64,000 bases of DNA from Desulfatiglandales bacterium. Its GTDB lineage: Bacteria > Desulfobacterota > DSM-4660 > Desulfatiglandales > HGW-15. A model generated the notes under the pieces. The model did not search any database, had not been told where the DNA came from, and saw only the letters and a list, made by a program, of their open reading frames with translations. Each line of letters opens with the position of its first letter. Within the stretch, counting starts at the first letter, position 1. The DNA lies in NCBI GenBank assembly GCA_963667015.2, contig CAXXJJ010000004.1, forward strand, positions 1,984,001 to 2,048,000, in the 5' to 3' direction. Made by a program: the position numbers and the translations under genes. Below are positions 52,598 to 62,960 of the stretch, one piece after another.

Positions 52598-53659
52598 TTA
52601 ACCAAGATCCACATTAAAGTAATCAACATACCATTTAACAAACCTGTCTACACCCTCCTCGACCTCAACACTGGGGGCATAACCAAGATCACTTACCAAA
52701 TCATCTACATTGGCCCATGTGGCCGGTACATCCCCTGCCTGCATAGGCAGAAAGTTTTTCTCGGCTTCTCTTCCAAGCGCTTTTTCTATTGCCCCGATAT
52801 AATCCATAAGGTTAACGGGTGAATTGTTTCCTATATTGTATATTTTATAGGGAGCAGGAGAACTAGACGGATCAGGGTTTTCACCGCTCCATTTACTGTT
52901 TCCCTGTGGCGGATTATCAAGGACCTTTAACACTCCGGTGACTATATCTTCAATATATGTAAAATCTCTTTTCATCTCACCATTATTAAAAACATCAATG
53001 GGCCTGCCCTCAAGTATTGCCTTTGTAAAGAGATACAGCGCCATATCCGGTCTTCCCCATGGCCCGTACACAGTAAAGAAGCGCAATCCGGTCGTGGGTA
53101 TATTGTACAGGTGACTGTATGTATGGGCCATTAACTCATTGGACTTTTTTGATGCGGCATATAAAGAAATAGGATGATCCACATTGTCATGGGTTGAAAA
53201 AGGATAGTTTTCATTCAGGCCATATACCGAACTGGATGAAGCATAGGCAAGATGTTTTATATTATTATGCCTGCAGCACTCAAGGATATTTACAAATCCC
53301 ACAATATTGGAATCAACATAGGCATAGGGGTTAATCAGTGAATACCTGACACCTGCCTGGGCCGCAAGGTTGATTACCTTGTCAATTTTTTCATCTGAAA
53401 AAATTTTTTCCATTACAGCCCTGTCTTCAAGATTCATCTTGATGAACTTATAACCAGGATGCTTCTGACTCTGCACTATTATATTATCCTGTATATCATT
53501 CTGCTGAATCCCTGCACGCTCCAGCCTGCTATATTTCACATTTACATCATAGTAATCATTGATGCAGTCCAGACCGATTACTTCATCGCCTCTGTCCAGA
53601 AGTCTTTGAGCTGTGTGGGATCCGATAAAGCCTGCAGTACCTGTAACCAGTATTTTCAT
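52598..53659 (-). CDS. UDP-glucuronate 4-epimerase-like NAD-dependent epimerase (start revised to ATG 53659)
   Basis: ILVTGTAGFIG, LAAQAGVRYS, YAASKK, LRFFTVYGPWGRPDMA; GGAG RBS before MKILV. Confidence 0.9.
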   Translation of the reverse strand: MKILVTGTAGFIGSHTAQRLLDRGDEVIGLDCINDYYDVNVKYSRLERAGIQQNDIQDNIIVQSQKHPGYKFIKMNLEDRAVMEKIFSDEKIDKVINLAAQAGVRYSLINPYAYVDSNIVGFVNILECCRHNNIKHLAYASSSSVYGLNENYPFSTHDNVDHPISLYAASKKSNELMAHTYSHLYNIPTTGLRFFTVYGPWGRPDMALYLFTKAILEGRPIDVFNNGEMKRDFTYIEDIVTGVLKVLDNPPQGNSKWSGENPDPSSSPAPYKIYNIGNNSPVNLMDYIGAIEKALGREAEKNFLPMQAGDVPATWANVDDLVSDLGYAPSVEVEEGVDRFVKWYVDYFNVDLG

Positions 53660-53950
53660 TTTGTCTCTCCTCAATGTACAATGACAGATTTCAACATTTA
53701 CCATTCACAGCATGAACTGGAAAATGCTTATAACTAGCTTATATATGGGCAATAAATAATGTTTGAAGTTTATCAAATTAGATAATTCATGTCTAATTAT
53801 TTAAATATAACACTCTTGAATTAAATTCACATTAATAACTATCGACTAAAATAATGATTTAATGAAAAAATTATTGAAAAAAAATAATCGTAAAGGTAAA
53901 AAGACTAACCGCTCTTGGAATTAAAAGAGAAAAAAGCAAGGAGTTAAACA

Positions 53951-54187
53951 ATGGACATAATCCATGAATTTTTTCAATGCCGTGAATGTGAGGGAAAGGA
54001 CTTTATAAGGATATATAATTTTTCTCTTCGCTTTCACAGTGTCAATTTTTCAGATTCACTCGTTTACGACCGTCTTATTGATGAAATCTACCAGTGTACC
54101 AGCTGTAAAAAAAGATATACAATGGATCAAATTAGTGAAGAACTGGACAGGATCAAGAAGACACATAAAAATACAGGCCTGGAATAG
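53951..54187 (+). CDS. Small hypothetical zinc-ribbon protein
   Basis: CRECEG...CTSC pairs; AAGGAG RBS. Confidence 0.7.
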   Translation: MDIIHEFFQCRECEGKDFIRIYNFSLRFHSVNFSDSLVYDRLIDEIYQCTSCKKRYTMDQISEELDRIKKTHKNTGLE

Positions 54188-54190
54188 AAT

Positions 54191-54220
54191 AAAAAATGGG
54201 ATTCAACCTGTTGAATCCCA
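54191..54220 (-). terminator. Intrinsic terminator of the kinase-PP2C-FHA operon
   Basis: TGGGATTCAAC-CT-GTTGAATCCCA hairpin followed by a T6 tract on the minus strand. Confidence 0.75.
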
Positions 54221-54255
54221 CAAAAAAAGTCTATTTAATGAATGAATTATAACGG

Positions 54256-54972
54256 TTATTTCTCACCGCCCTTTTGATAGAACTGAAATTTTACCTTGCC
54301 AATCTCAATGGTATCAAACTCCTTCAGCTGAACGTTATCTTTTATGACCTCACCATTAACCTTTAATTTTGCGCCCATTGATGTAATTACATAGCCTGAA
54401 GGTCTTCTGCTGATCGTGGCTGCAGTAGCCGGCATAAAGAGACCCGAAAGCCTTATTTCCGATGTATCTGCCTTGCCAATTTTGGTAAGTTTTTTTGTCA
54501 ACTCGACCTCTCCCAGGTCTGCCCCTTCGATAAAACTGATAACCCCCAATTTCTGAGCTGACACCGCAGTTGCCGCAGTTCCGGCCTGTTTGGCAAGCAG
54601 TTCCTTCTGTTTTGCGGTATCAAGCATCATTGTTTTATCCATATCAAGCTTATTGTCACCCGACTTTATAGATGGAGCTTCTTTTCCTTCACCAACAAAT
54701 AAAATAAGATGTTTTCCAACGATAACATTGTCTCCATGGACAAGTTTATGAGAGATTACCTTTTTATCATTTACAAAAGTACCATTTGTACTCTGAAGAT
54801 CTGTAAGTATGAAATCTTTACCGGCAGCATCTATCCTGGCGTGATAACCGGATACAGCTAGATTATCCACAGTTATGGTATTGTCCTCATTACGACCGAT
54901 TGTAATACTCTCTTTCATTAGAGGATATTCTTTAACCACCTGATTATTAAACATCAAGATAAGTCTGGCCAT
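54256..54972 (-). CDS. FHA domain protein (canonical FHA plus degenerate second FHA)
   Basis: ITIGR..DN, VS.YHA, DLQSTNGTFVN; second copy TKIGK...VNGE....L.EFD.IEIG. Confidence 0.9.
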   Translation of the reverse strand: MARLILMFNNQVVKEYPLMKESITIGRNEDNTITVDNLAVSGYHARIDAAGKDFILTDLQSTNGTFVNDKKVISHKLVHGDNVIVGKHLILFVGEGKEAPSIKSGDNKLDMDKTMMLDTAKQKELLAKQAGTAATAVSAQKLGVISFIEGADLGEVELTKKLTKIGKADTSEIRLSGLFMPATAATISRRPSGYVITSMGAKLKVNGEVIKDNVQLKEFDTIEIGKVKFQFYQKGGEK

Positions 54973-55036
54973 ATTTTCCCCCTGATTTGTAATAGGTGTT
55001 ATATTATTCTGAAATAAAAAAAAATAGCAATATCTA

Positions 55037-55906
55037 TTATTTAAATGGTATTACTTTTTTACCTGCCTTATGTATTCCTACGATGATATCCGAAAGTAAA
55101 TAAGAAATTTTTTTAAATATTCCCTGTTTAGGCTTCATCAGGTTAGAGAGAAAAACCGAGACAACCGTAGTATTGTCATGAGCTCCCCTCTCAAGTACTT
55201 TTTTTATAAAATCCCTGCACAATCCTTCCGGCTCATTTGATGTTTCTGTCATTTTGAGTATTTCTTTATCACTCACCAGGTCTGTTAAACCGTCAGAACA
55301 AAGTACAAAGCAGTCATTGTTAGACGGTTCCAGCTCAAATATCTCTGGCTCGACAGCTTCTGATGAACCCAGATTCCTTGTAAGAATATGTTTCATGGAT
55401 GAAGTTGCAGCTTCTTCCTCTGTCATCATCCCCAGTGCCACCTGCTCTGCAACGATTGAATGATCCCTGGACAGCATTTCCAGTCCGCCGCCTCTTGTAA
55501 GATAAATACGACTGTCACCCACATTGGCGGCTATTATCATTGAAGGAGTTACCAGCAATACAACAACAGTCGTTCCCATGCCATGATATTGTTTCTGTTC
55601 CAGGGCCAGTTCATAGACCACCTTGTTCGCCAGGCGGATACCGCCAAGGATGTAATTACCTTCCTTTGAAAGGGATTCATCCGGACCGCCATAAATCATG
55701 TCCTCGCTGGCATCCTCTTCTACCCACTTTTGAAAACTTTTATTTATAATTTCAACAGATATTCGGCTGGCCACCTCACCAGCCAGGTGTCCCCCCATCC
55801 CGTCTGCAACAATATAGAGACCGAGCGAATCTTCGACAGAAAAAGAATCCTCATTACCATCTCTTCTCAGTCCTACATCGGTTATACCTGACGATTTAAT
55901 TAACAA
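55037..55906 (-). CDS. PP2C-family Ser/Thr phosphatase (Stp1/PrpC-like)
   Basis: TDVG..R..NED, VADGMGGH.AGEVAS, GMGTT, NVGDSR, LCSDGL, DNTT. Confidence 0.95.
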   Translation of the reverse strand: MLIKSSGITDVGLRRDGNEDSFSVEDSLGLYIVADGMGGHLAGEVASRISVEIINKSFQKWVEEDASEDMIYGGPDESLSKEGNYILGGIRLANKVVYELALEQKQYHGMGTTVVVLLVTPSMIIAANVGDSRIYLTRGGGLEMLSRDHSIVAEQVALGMMTEEEAATSSMKHILTRNLGSSEAVEPEIFELEPSNNDCFVLCSDGLTDLVSDKEILKMTETSNEPEGLCRDFIKKVLERGAHDNTTVVSVFLSNLMKPKQGIFKKISYLLSDIIVGIHKAGKKVIPFK

Positions 55907-56039
55907 ATCTTCTCCAATAGAAAATCACTGATATATTTCGTATTCTGGTTTATCAAAGGTTGACAACGATTTCATTCCCCACCCTTTTGCCCTAAATTAC
56001 TCCTTCGGATTCCCAGCGGAATCAGACTTTTCATACTCC

Positions 56040-58508
56040 TTACTCTGCCGCCTCTTTCCGGGCTCTAAGCTGGTCCATTTTTTCACCAAGCATCCGGATA
56101 ATATTTGCCATTTCACCTGCCGTTCTGAACCGTTTGGCGGGGTCTTTTGACAGGGCCTTGTCCAGAATCTGTTCACAGATCTTGGGGATTTTTGGATTAT
56201 AGCTTCTTGGCGAAGAATGTTTAACCTGTGTAATCTGGTATAGAAGACCGCTTAGATTATCACCATGAAATGGCAGCTCACCAGTTAGCAGCTGATAAAA
56301 AAGAACTCCAAGGGAGAAAATATCAGATTTTGAGTTAACCTTTTGCCCCATTATTTGTTCAGGAGACATGTAGTTGGGAGTTCCCAGGATCACGCCTGTT
56401 TTGGTCTTTGATGAAGAGATCGCCTTGGCAATACCAAAGTCCGTAACCTTAACCTGTCCGTTCGAAAGAAGCATAACATTTGCCGGTTTAATATCCCGGT
56501 GTATGACTCCCTGTTTGTGGGCAAAATCAAGGGCCTCAGCTATCTGAGATATGACATTGAGAACAGCTCTTACAGCGAGAAGGTTTCCTTTTTTAATAAA
56601 TTTATCAAGATCCTCTCCTTCAAGATATTCCATTGCCATATAAGTAAGATCCCGATCATCGCCAACATCATGGATCGTTACAATAGCCGGATGAGAAAGC
56701 TTACCGGCTATTTCAGCCTCCATAAAAAATCTTTCCTTTATCTCTTTTATTACATCCTCATCAAATTCATCAGAAAATCGTATGGTTTTGATGGCAACAA
56801 GACGATTAATTTTAGGATCCTGAGCCTTATAAACAAGGCCCATCGACCCCTTTCCCAGTTTTCCAATTATCTTATATCGACCAACCGTTGTTCGGGCATT
56901 GACACTGGAATCGCTGAGCACACTTGACTCTTCTACATCTCCATAACTTCCCATTGTGGAAGAATAGTCTGATGCCCGGAGCATGGGAATCCTGTCATCA
57001 AGATCCCTGAAACCGCCGCTTTTATTAATATAAATATAGAGCTCCAGAGCCTTTTCCGGCAGATTCTTATTTTCATATTCCAGGCCAAGATTATATATGA
57101 GATCTTTTGTCTCCTTATCAAGAGGAAGTGTCTTGAATTCTTCATATGCCAGATCAAGCTCTCCCTGGCTTTGAAAGTTGAGCCCGAGAATACGACTGGT
57201 CTCTGACCCTTTTTTTAATGCAGATGACGGTTGGGATTTTATTGACAAGAGTATATATAGAACAGCTATCCCCAGAACGATATTTGCAGCCTTGAGCCAT
57301 ATGCCCAAAAGACTGAAGCAGATTATAACAGCAGCTATTACTATAAGTATCAGGGCCAATGTTGCTACAGACCTGACTATGAATCCTTTTGAAGAGGAAA
57401 ATGAAATTAGAAAAAAGATTAATACAACAAACAGAAAAGCCTCAAGATACATCATAAATAGTGCCCTGGAAACGGCGTTGCTGTTAATTATATCGTTGAA
57501 TTGTCTCGCAATAACACCTGCATCATGACCGGATTTACTGTTTCCATCTTTAATATCTATTATTACAACTTTACCCTTCAAGTCAGGTATCTCTTTTGAG
57601 CTTTCCATTATTTGTTTATATGTGAAGGTCTTTATCTGATATTCACTGCCTGATAATGGAACACATCTGCCGTTTATAAGGGGGAGCACATTATCTTTTA
57701 TTACTATTCTGGAGAGATCCGCCTCAACCTGAGCAGGTTTCAGTCCATTATAAAAAATAGCCATCCTTAGGGCCAGAGACGGCACCAGTGAACCTTTATA
57801 GGCTACATAGATAGAAAAAGATAAATCATCCGACTGTCTTTTCTCATTATGCGAAAGATAACCGGAACCCGCAACGTTCTTTAATAATTCAGGGTAGGGG
57901 AAAGTCAGCTTATCAATAGAATTCCTTTTTATAAAGGATGGATCAATGTTTGACGAGTTAAGGTAGTCAATAATTCCCAGCTCAACAGGCTCAGGCCCCA
58001 TATCTGAAACAGGCACAATTATATTGCTTCCATTTTTTAAGCTGTCATGAAACAGGCTGTCTGCTGCGATACGGGTACTGGATTTATCTATAGTCGCCAT
58101 TATCCATTCTTTGAACTCGGGAGATTTTTTCCCGGGAGGATATGCATTTATCTCCTCGGAAAGGGCTCTTAACTCCTTAAGCGCCAATGCCGACTGATTT
58201 GCCTCAAAGGGTGATGAAAAGGCGATGAGTTTCACACCGTTTCCGGTCAGCTTTTTGATCAGGTCTGACAGATTTAAAACCGGAGAGGCACTCTCCTGGG
58301 ATGATTTCCGGATTGATTGATAATTTATATTAACAAGGACAACACTGTTTTTTTCCTGCTTTTCAGATCCGGCCAGCCTTGAACTGGTCCGATATAGATA
58401 TAAATCAAGATTGTCAGACAAAGACCAGTTATAGAAGGTAAATAAAATAAATAATAAGAGGACAAATATCCCTATAAAGTAGTCCGTCTTTTTTTTCTTA
58501 ATTGCCAT
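56040..58508 (-). CDS. Membrane Hanks-type Ser/Thr kinase with CHASE2-like extracytoplasmic domain
   Basis: N-terminal TM, periplasmic region, three TMs, TPR-like linker, LGKGSMG.VY, VAIK, HRDIKPAN, DFGIA, GTPNYMSPEQ. Confidence 0.9.
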   Translation of the reverse strand: MAIKKKKTDYFIGIFVLLLFILFTFYNWSLSDNLDLYLYRTSSRLAGSEKQEKNSVVLVNINYQSIRKSSQESASPVLNLSDLIKKLTGNGVKLIAFSSPFEANQSALALKELRALSEEINAYPPGKKSPEFKEWIMATIDKSSTRIAADSLFHDSLKNGSNIIVPVSDMGPEPVELGIIDYLNSSNIDPSFIKRNSIDKLTFPYPELLKNVAGSGYLSHNEKRQSDDLSFSIYVAYKGSLVPSLALRMAIFYNGLKPAQVEADLSRIVIKDNVLPLINGRCVPLSGSEYQIKTFTYKQIMESSKEIPDLKGKVVIIDIKDGNSKSGHDAGVIARQFNDIINSNAVSRALFMMYLEAFLFVVLIFFLISFSSSKGFIVRSVATLALILIVIAAVIICFSLLGIWLKAANIVLGIAVLYILLSIKSQPSSALKKGSETSRILGLNFQSQGELDLAYEEFKTLPLDKETKDLIYNLGLEYENKNLPEKALELYIYINKSGGFRDLDDRIPMLRASDYSSTMGSYGDVEESSVLSDSSVNARTTVGRYKIIGKLGKGSMGLVYKAQDPKINRLVAIKTIRFSDEFDEDVIKEIKERFFMEAEIAGKLSHPAIVTIHDVGDDRDLTYMAMEYLEGEDLDKFIKKGNLLAVRAVLNVISQIAEALDFAHKQGVIHRDIKPANVMLLSNGQVKVTDFGIAKAISSSKTKTGVILGTPNYMSPEQIMGQKVNSKSDIFSLGVLFYQLLTGELPFHGDNLSGLLYQITQVKHSSPRSYNPKIPKICEQILDKALSKDPAKRFRTAGEMANIIRMLGEKMDQLRARKEAAE

Positions 58509-58823
58509 TTTTTAGATTCAATTAATAGTGATTATTATGTTCTTGGCCCTTTTAATCTGTAATTACAAAAAGTTGTATCAAAAAAGCAACTTAATGTCAA
58601 AAGAAAATAATTTTCTATATTAAGCAAAAGATAGGTTATTTTTCATCGCGACACTATCTTTATTCTACAGAATTTTCTATTTTAAACGAGAATGCTTCAT
58701 TAATCTCAAGATATTGAAGGGCATTTCCGGAAACACTATCGGAAAATGTTGATAAAAAGTTAATGAAAAAAATAACAGATATATAGATAGATATATAGAT
58801 AATACTGTCTGACATATAACTCT

Positions 58824-60362
58824 TTAGGTGCTGATAGTATACTGCTCCATGTGATAATCATTCTGTGATATGATAATAATTCTTCTTTTAATCTTTTTCT
58901 CAAGCTCCATTATTGACTGCTGCTCATCCTCCTTAATCACGTTTGCTATCTCAGGATTGACCTGTACATAGACCTTGTCATCAGATTCTGAAACAGGGAG
59001 AGGTTCCCTCTCAAGGTCCCTGAATATTTCGTATGATATCGTCTTTTTTGATTTAATAACACCTCTACCTTCACAATATTGACAGGGTTCTGTTAAAAAC
59101 CGACCAAGATTTTCCCTTGTTCGCTTTCGGGTCATCTCGATCAACCCGAGTTCTGACATGGGAAGCACATTCGTCTTTGCCTTATCTTTGCTCAAGGCTT
59201 CGGTAAGTGCTGTAAATACCCTTTGACGATTTTCCAGCTTTTCCATATCTATAAAGTCTATTACTATAAGGCCGCCTATATTACGCAGACGAAGCTGATA
59301 GGCCAGTTCCTTGACCGCCTCAAGATTTGTTTTCAGTATGGTCTCTTCCAGATTTCTCTTTCCTACATAGCTGCCGGTATTAACATCAATGGATGTCAGG
59401 GCCTCCGTCATTTCAATTACGATATATCCGCCGGATTTCAGCCATATTATGTTATCCAGCGCCCTGGATATCTCCATTTCTATACCGTAGTAGTCAAAAA
59501 TGGGATCATCGTCATTATATAGCTCAATAGAATACCTCAATGCCGGGGCGAACTTATCAACAAACTCCATAACCTTTTCATATTCGTATTCATCATCAAT
59601 AATCAGTCGGTCCACCTCTCTGGTAAACAGATCCCTTACTGCCCTCAGTGATACTGACAGATCCATATAAAGAAGGCCGGGTTCCGACGAGCCTGACATT
59701 CGGTTTTTTATATCGTTCCACAGCTTTTGCATAAAATCCATTTCGGATTTTAATTTATCACTGTCAGCGCCTTCACTGACCGTACGGACTATAAATCCGG
59801 ATTCATCAGATCTGATCCCCATTATGATATTTTTAAGTCTTTCTCTTTCGTCCTGATCTTCTATACGCCTTGAGATACCTATATGATTTACAGTAGGAAG
59901 CAGAACAAGGTGTCTTCCGGGAAGGGATATATAGGAAGTAAGTCTGGCGCCTTTGGTTCCCAGGGGCTCCTTGGCGACCTGCACCATTATGTCCTGCCCT
60001 TCACGAAGCATATCCTCAATATTGACTGACTTGTCCTGATTTTTTTTAGTATCCTGATCTTCAATATCATTATCTTTTTCAGAACCAGAATCGCTTGTGA
60101 AGCCATTCAGCATAACCCGGTCAAGATCAAGCATATCCCTGTGAACATCCGAGACATATAAAAATGCCGTTCTCTCCTGGCCGATATCAACAAAAGCAGC
60201 CTGCATACCCGGAAGGACCCTTACAACACGGCCCCGGTATATATTCCCCATAAGCTCCTGACCGGTTTTTCGCTCAATGTACAGCTCTGCCACAACTCCG
60301 TTTTCAACCAGGGCCACTCTGGTCTCATGAGGTCTTGTATTTATTACCAGTTCACTAGCCAT
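58824..60362 (-). CDS. rng: Ribonuclease G (Rne/Rng family)
   Basis: GNIYRGRV.RVLPGMQAAFVDIG, KGARLT, IDVNTG, LRLRNIGGLIVIDFIDM, CQYC.G.G. Confidence 0.93.
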   Translation of the reverse strand: MASELVINTRPHETRVALVENGVVAELYIERKTGQELMGNIYRGRVVRVLPGMQAAFVDIGQERTAFLYVSDVHRDMLDLDRVMLNGFTSDSGSEKDNDIEDQDTKKNQDKSVNIEDMLREGQDIMVQVAKEPLGTKGARLTSYISLPGRHLVLLPTVNHIGISRRIEDQDERERLKNIIMGIRSDESGFIVRTVSEGADSDKLKSEMDFMQKLWNDIKNRMSGSSEPGLLYMDLSVSLRAVRDLFTREVDRLIIDDEYEYEKVMEFVDKFAPALRYSIELYNDDDPIFDYYGIEMEISRALDNIIWLKSGGYIVIEMTEALTSIDVNTGSYVGKRNLEETILKTNLEAVKELAYQLRLRNIGGLIVIDFIDMEKLENRQRVFTALTEALSKDKAKTNVLPMSELGLIEMTRKRTRENLGRFLTEPCQYCEGRGVIKSKKTISYEIFRDLEREPLPVSESDDKVYVQVNPEIANVIKEDEQQSIMELEKKIKRRIIIISQNDYHMEQYTIST

Positions 60363-60422
60363 ATATATACCTTTTTTATTCCATCTAAATAGTCATTCTC
60401 AAATAACAGGACTGATCACCTG

Positions 60423-62933
60423 TCAGCCTGTTATCTGCTTAACCTTCAGGACTCTTATCCTTTCTATATTATCCTCATTCACCTTGAAAATCTCTGCTAT
60501 TATATGGGCAGGCTTAAGCTCCGGGCCCTCAGAATGTGCAATTACAAGCTCTATATTCATGTCTGAGCCAAACCTGATATTCTTCACTACCTTTTTGGCA
60601 TCGACTTTTTTTTCACCTTTTTTTGTCTTTTTAACCATATAAAAATAATCAATATCCATAAAGCTGTCCAGGTCTTTCTCATCTATCTCTAGACCGGATA
60701 TATCAATATGGTAATGGCTTTCTTTGATGACCATACTTTTTGTATTGCCGGTTATATCCTGAACATCCGAAATATATATTCCATCAGGCAGCTCGGAATC
60801 CAACCTTTCTTTTAATATATCTGCAGATACCGGATTGTACAGCTCTATATCCGCGGTTTCACAAATACTTTCAGTTCCGACAGGTAATGCGCAGGCAAAT
60901 GACAACCTTGGCATTGGGTGAAATCCTTCTGAAAAAACGATATCAAGACCGGTTCTCCTGAGGGCTCTGGTTAAAAGCTTTATCAGTTCCAGGTGACTGA
61001 GATATCCTGCAGGGCCTGTCTTGGAGAAAAACAGCCTGAATTTCCTTTTCGTCTTTTCGGATCCTGATGCATTTGATTTTTCATCTGTCTTTACTGGTAA
61101 TTGCCATTCCATATTAATATGCGGTTTAATATTTTTAAAATCGCATACACCACACTTCAGGCATTTGGTCCGGCAATCAGGTGTCATTATTGCTTCACAG
61201 GATTTCTGATGCTCCTTTTTCAGATAATCGGGTGTAACACCTGATAAAATATGACCCCATGGTATATTTTCATCAAGGGATCGTCTTCGATTAAGATATG
61301 AATAGAGATCAATATCGCTTTCTTTGAAACTGTCCTTCCAGATGTTCATATTATAATATTCACCCCATGCATCAAACCTGGCACCGGCCTCCCATGCCCT
61401 GATCAAGGCCGAAGTAAGGTTTCTATCACCCCTCGAAAATATCCCCTCCAGCCAGCTTAATTCAGGCTGATTCCACCGTACTTTGACATGGGTTTTCTTC
61501 AATCCGTTCCTTATAATATTAATGCGTCTCCGGCTTTCTTCATAGTCTATCTGCGGCTCCCACATAAAGGGAGTATGAGCCTTGGGAACAAAGGTTGAAA
61601 CGCTGATATTCAACACATCCTTTTTCCCTTTACTTCTGCTGGTAGCAGCAACCTTTTGTGCAAGGTCAATAATGCCATAAAGATCGTCTTCCGTTTCATC
61701 TGGCAGGCCAATCATAAAGTATAACTTAATGAGCTTCCATCCCGCTGCATATACTTCACTTGAGGCCTTAACAATCTCTTCATTGGTAAGGGTTTTATTG
61801 ATTATTTTTCTGAGCCGGTCTGTACCTGCTTCAGGAGCCATGGTAAAGCCGGTTTTCCTTACTCTCTTGATCTGTTCAAACCAGAGGGGATCAATACTGT
61901 CAATTCTCAATGACGGAAGACTGACAGCGACTTTTCGATCCGACTGCCTATCCATAAGTTCCTTCAATAACGGTGCAATACAGCTGTAGTCCCCTGAGCT
62001 CAGGGACAGGAGTGACACCTCTCCAAATCCAGTCGATTTCAGGGCGCTGTCGACCAGATTTATTATATCATCAGGACTCCGCTCCCTTACAGGCCGGTAT
62101 ATCATTCCGGCCTGACAAAAACGGCAGCCCCTTGTACAGCCTCTGGAAATCTCAATAGAGAGACGGTCATGAACGAGCTGTGTAAATGGAACAACCTGAT
62201 CTATTGGGAATGGAGATTCACTCATGTCTCCAATTACTGCCTTTTCAACAGTCTCATATCCCTCAACGAGAGGCTCTATACCGGTAAACTGATTATTATC
62301 ATTGTAATGCGGCTTAAATAAGGACGGGATATAAAACCCCTTCATCATCTTTAAGTCGTCCAATATTTTTTTCTTATTTTTATTCCCTTTTTTCTCCATC
62401 CGAACAACATTGCACAGTTCAACGATGGCCTTCTCGCCGTCACCTATCAGGATAACATCGAATATATCTGCGATTGGCTCAGAATTAAAACAGGCTGGCC
62501 CTCCTGCCACTATAAGAGGAAAGGAATCATCCCTCTCGGAGGATAAAAATGGGATACCTGCGAGATCAAGCATTGTAATGATATTACTGTAGCATAATTC
62601 ATGCTGTACACTGAACCCTACGATATCAAAATCCTTCAGGGGTTTATCTGTTTCAAGCGACCTGAGCTGCTGACCGCGTCTCCTTATCTCATTTTCCATA
62701 TCAGGCCACGGGCAAAAGGCCCGTTCCGCCGCAATCCATGAATGACTGTTTAATATGCTGTATAATATCTTTAAACCCTGATGCGACATTCCTACCTCGT
62801 ACACATCAGGAAACGCGAGGTTCATCGAGACATCGATTTCATTTTCGTTTTTCTTAACCGAATTAATTTCATGTCCCAGATACCTGCTTGGTTTTGATAT
62901 CTTCAGTAAAAAATCTCTGTTACTCATTTCCAT
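60423..62933 (-). CDS. B12-binding-type radical SAM protein fused to a C-terminal radical-SAM-linked domain
   Basis: KPSRYLG.E, AFPDVYEVGMS, RGCTRGCRFCQAG (CxxxCxxC), C-terminal YLSHLEL...R...FSEGFHP.P. Confidence 0.88.
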   Translation of the reverse strand: MEMSNRDFLLKISKPSRYLGHEINSVKKNENEIDVSMNLAFPDVYEVGMSHQGLKILYSILNSHSWIAAERAFCPWPDMENEIRRRGQQLRSLETDKPLKDFDIVGFSVQHELCYSNIITMLDLAGIPFLSSERDDSFPLIVAGGPACFNSEPIADIFDVILIGDGEKAIVELCNVVRMEKKGNKNKKKILDDLKMMKGFYIPSLFKPHYNDNNQFTGIEPLVEGYETVEKAVIGDMSESPFPIDQVVPFTQLVHDRLSIEISRGCTRGCRFCQAGMIYRPVRERSPDDIINLVDSALKSTGFGEVSLLSLSSGDYSCIAPLLKELMDRQSDRKVAVSLPSLRIDSIDPLWFEQIKRVRKTGFTMAPEAGTDRLRKIINKTLTNEEIVKASSEVYAAGWKLIKLYFMIGLPDETEDDLYGIIDLAQKVAATSRSKGKKDVLNISVSTFVPKAHTPFMWEPQIDYEESRRRINIIRNGLKKTHVKVRWNQPELSWLEGIFSRGDRNLTSALIRAWEAGARFDAWGEYYNMNIWKDSFKESDIDLYSYLNRRRSLDENIPWGHILSGVTPDYLKKEHQKSCEAIMTPDCRTKCLKCGVCDFKNIKPHINMEWQLPVKTDEKSNASGSEKTKRKFRLFFSKTGPAGYLSHLELIKLLTRALRRTGLDIVFSEGFHPMPRLSFACALPVGTESICETADIELYNPVSADILKERLDSELPDGIYISDVQDITGNTKSMVIKESHYHIDISGLEIDEKDLDSFMDIDYFYMVKKTKKGEKKVDAKKVVKNIRFGSDMNIELVIAHSEGPELKPAHIIAEIFKVNEDNIERIRVLKVKQITG

Positions 62934-62960
62934 TTAAAAACATTCCTTCTAACCGGGTCA

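Noticed and set aside
55925..56034. Two overlapping minus-strand micro-ORFs both starting MKSL (20 aa and 16 aa) between kinase and phosphatase
   Set aside because: SD spacing is poor (1 nt for the first), there is no similarity beyond four residues, and chance is a sufficient explanation
58584..58602. sigma54-like element upstream of the Ser/Thr kinase (TGACATTAAGTTGC on the minus strand)
   Set aside because: Lacks the invariant GG and the spacing is one base short
60423..62933. Radical SAM two-domain fusion as a novelty
   Set aside because: Known architecture commonly found next to rng
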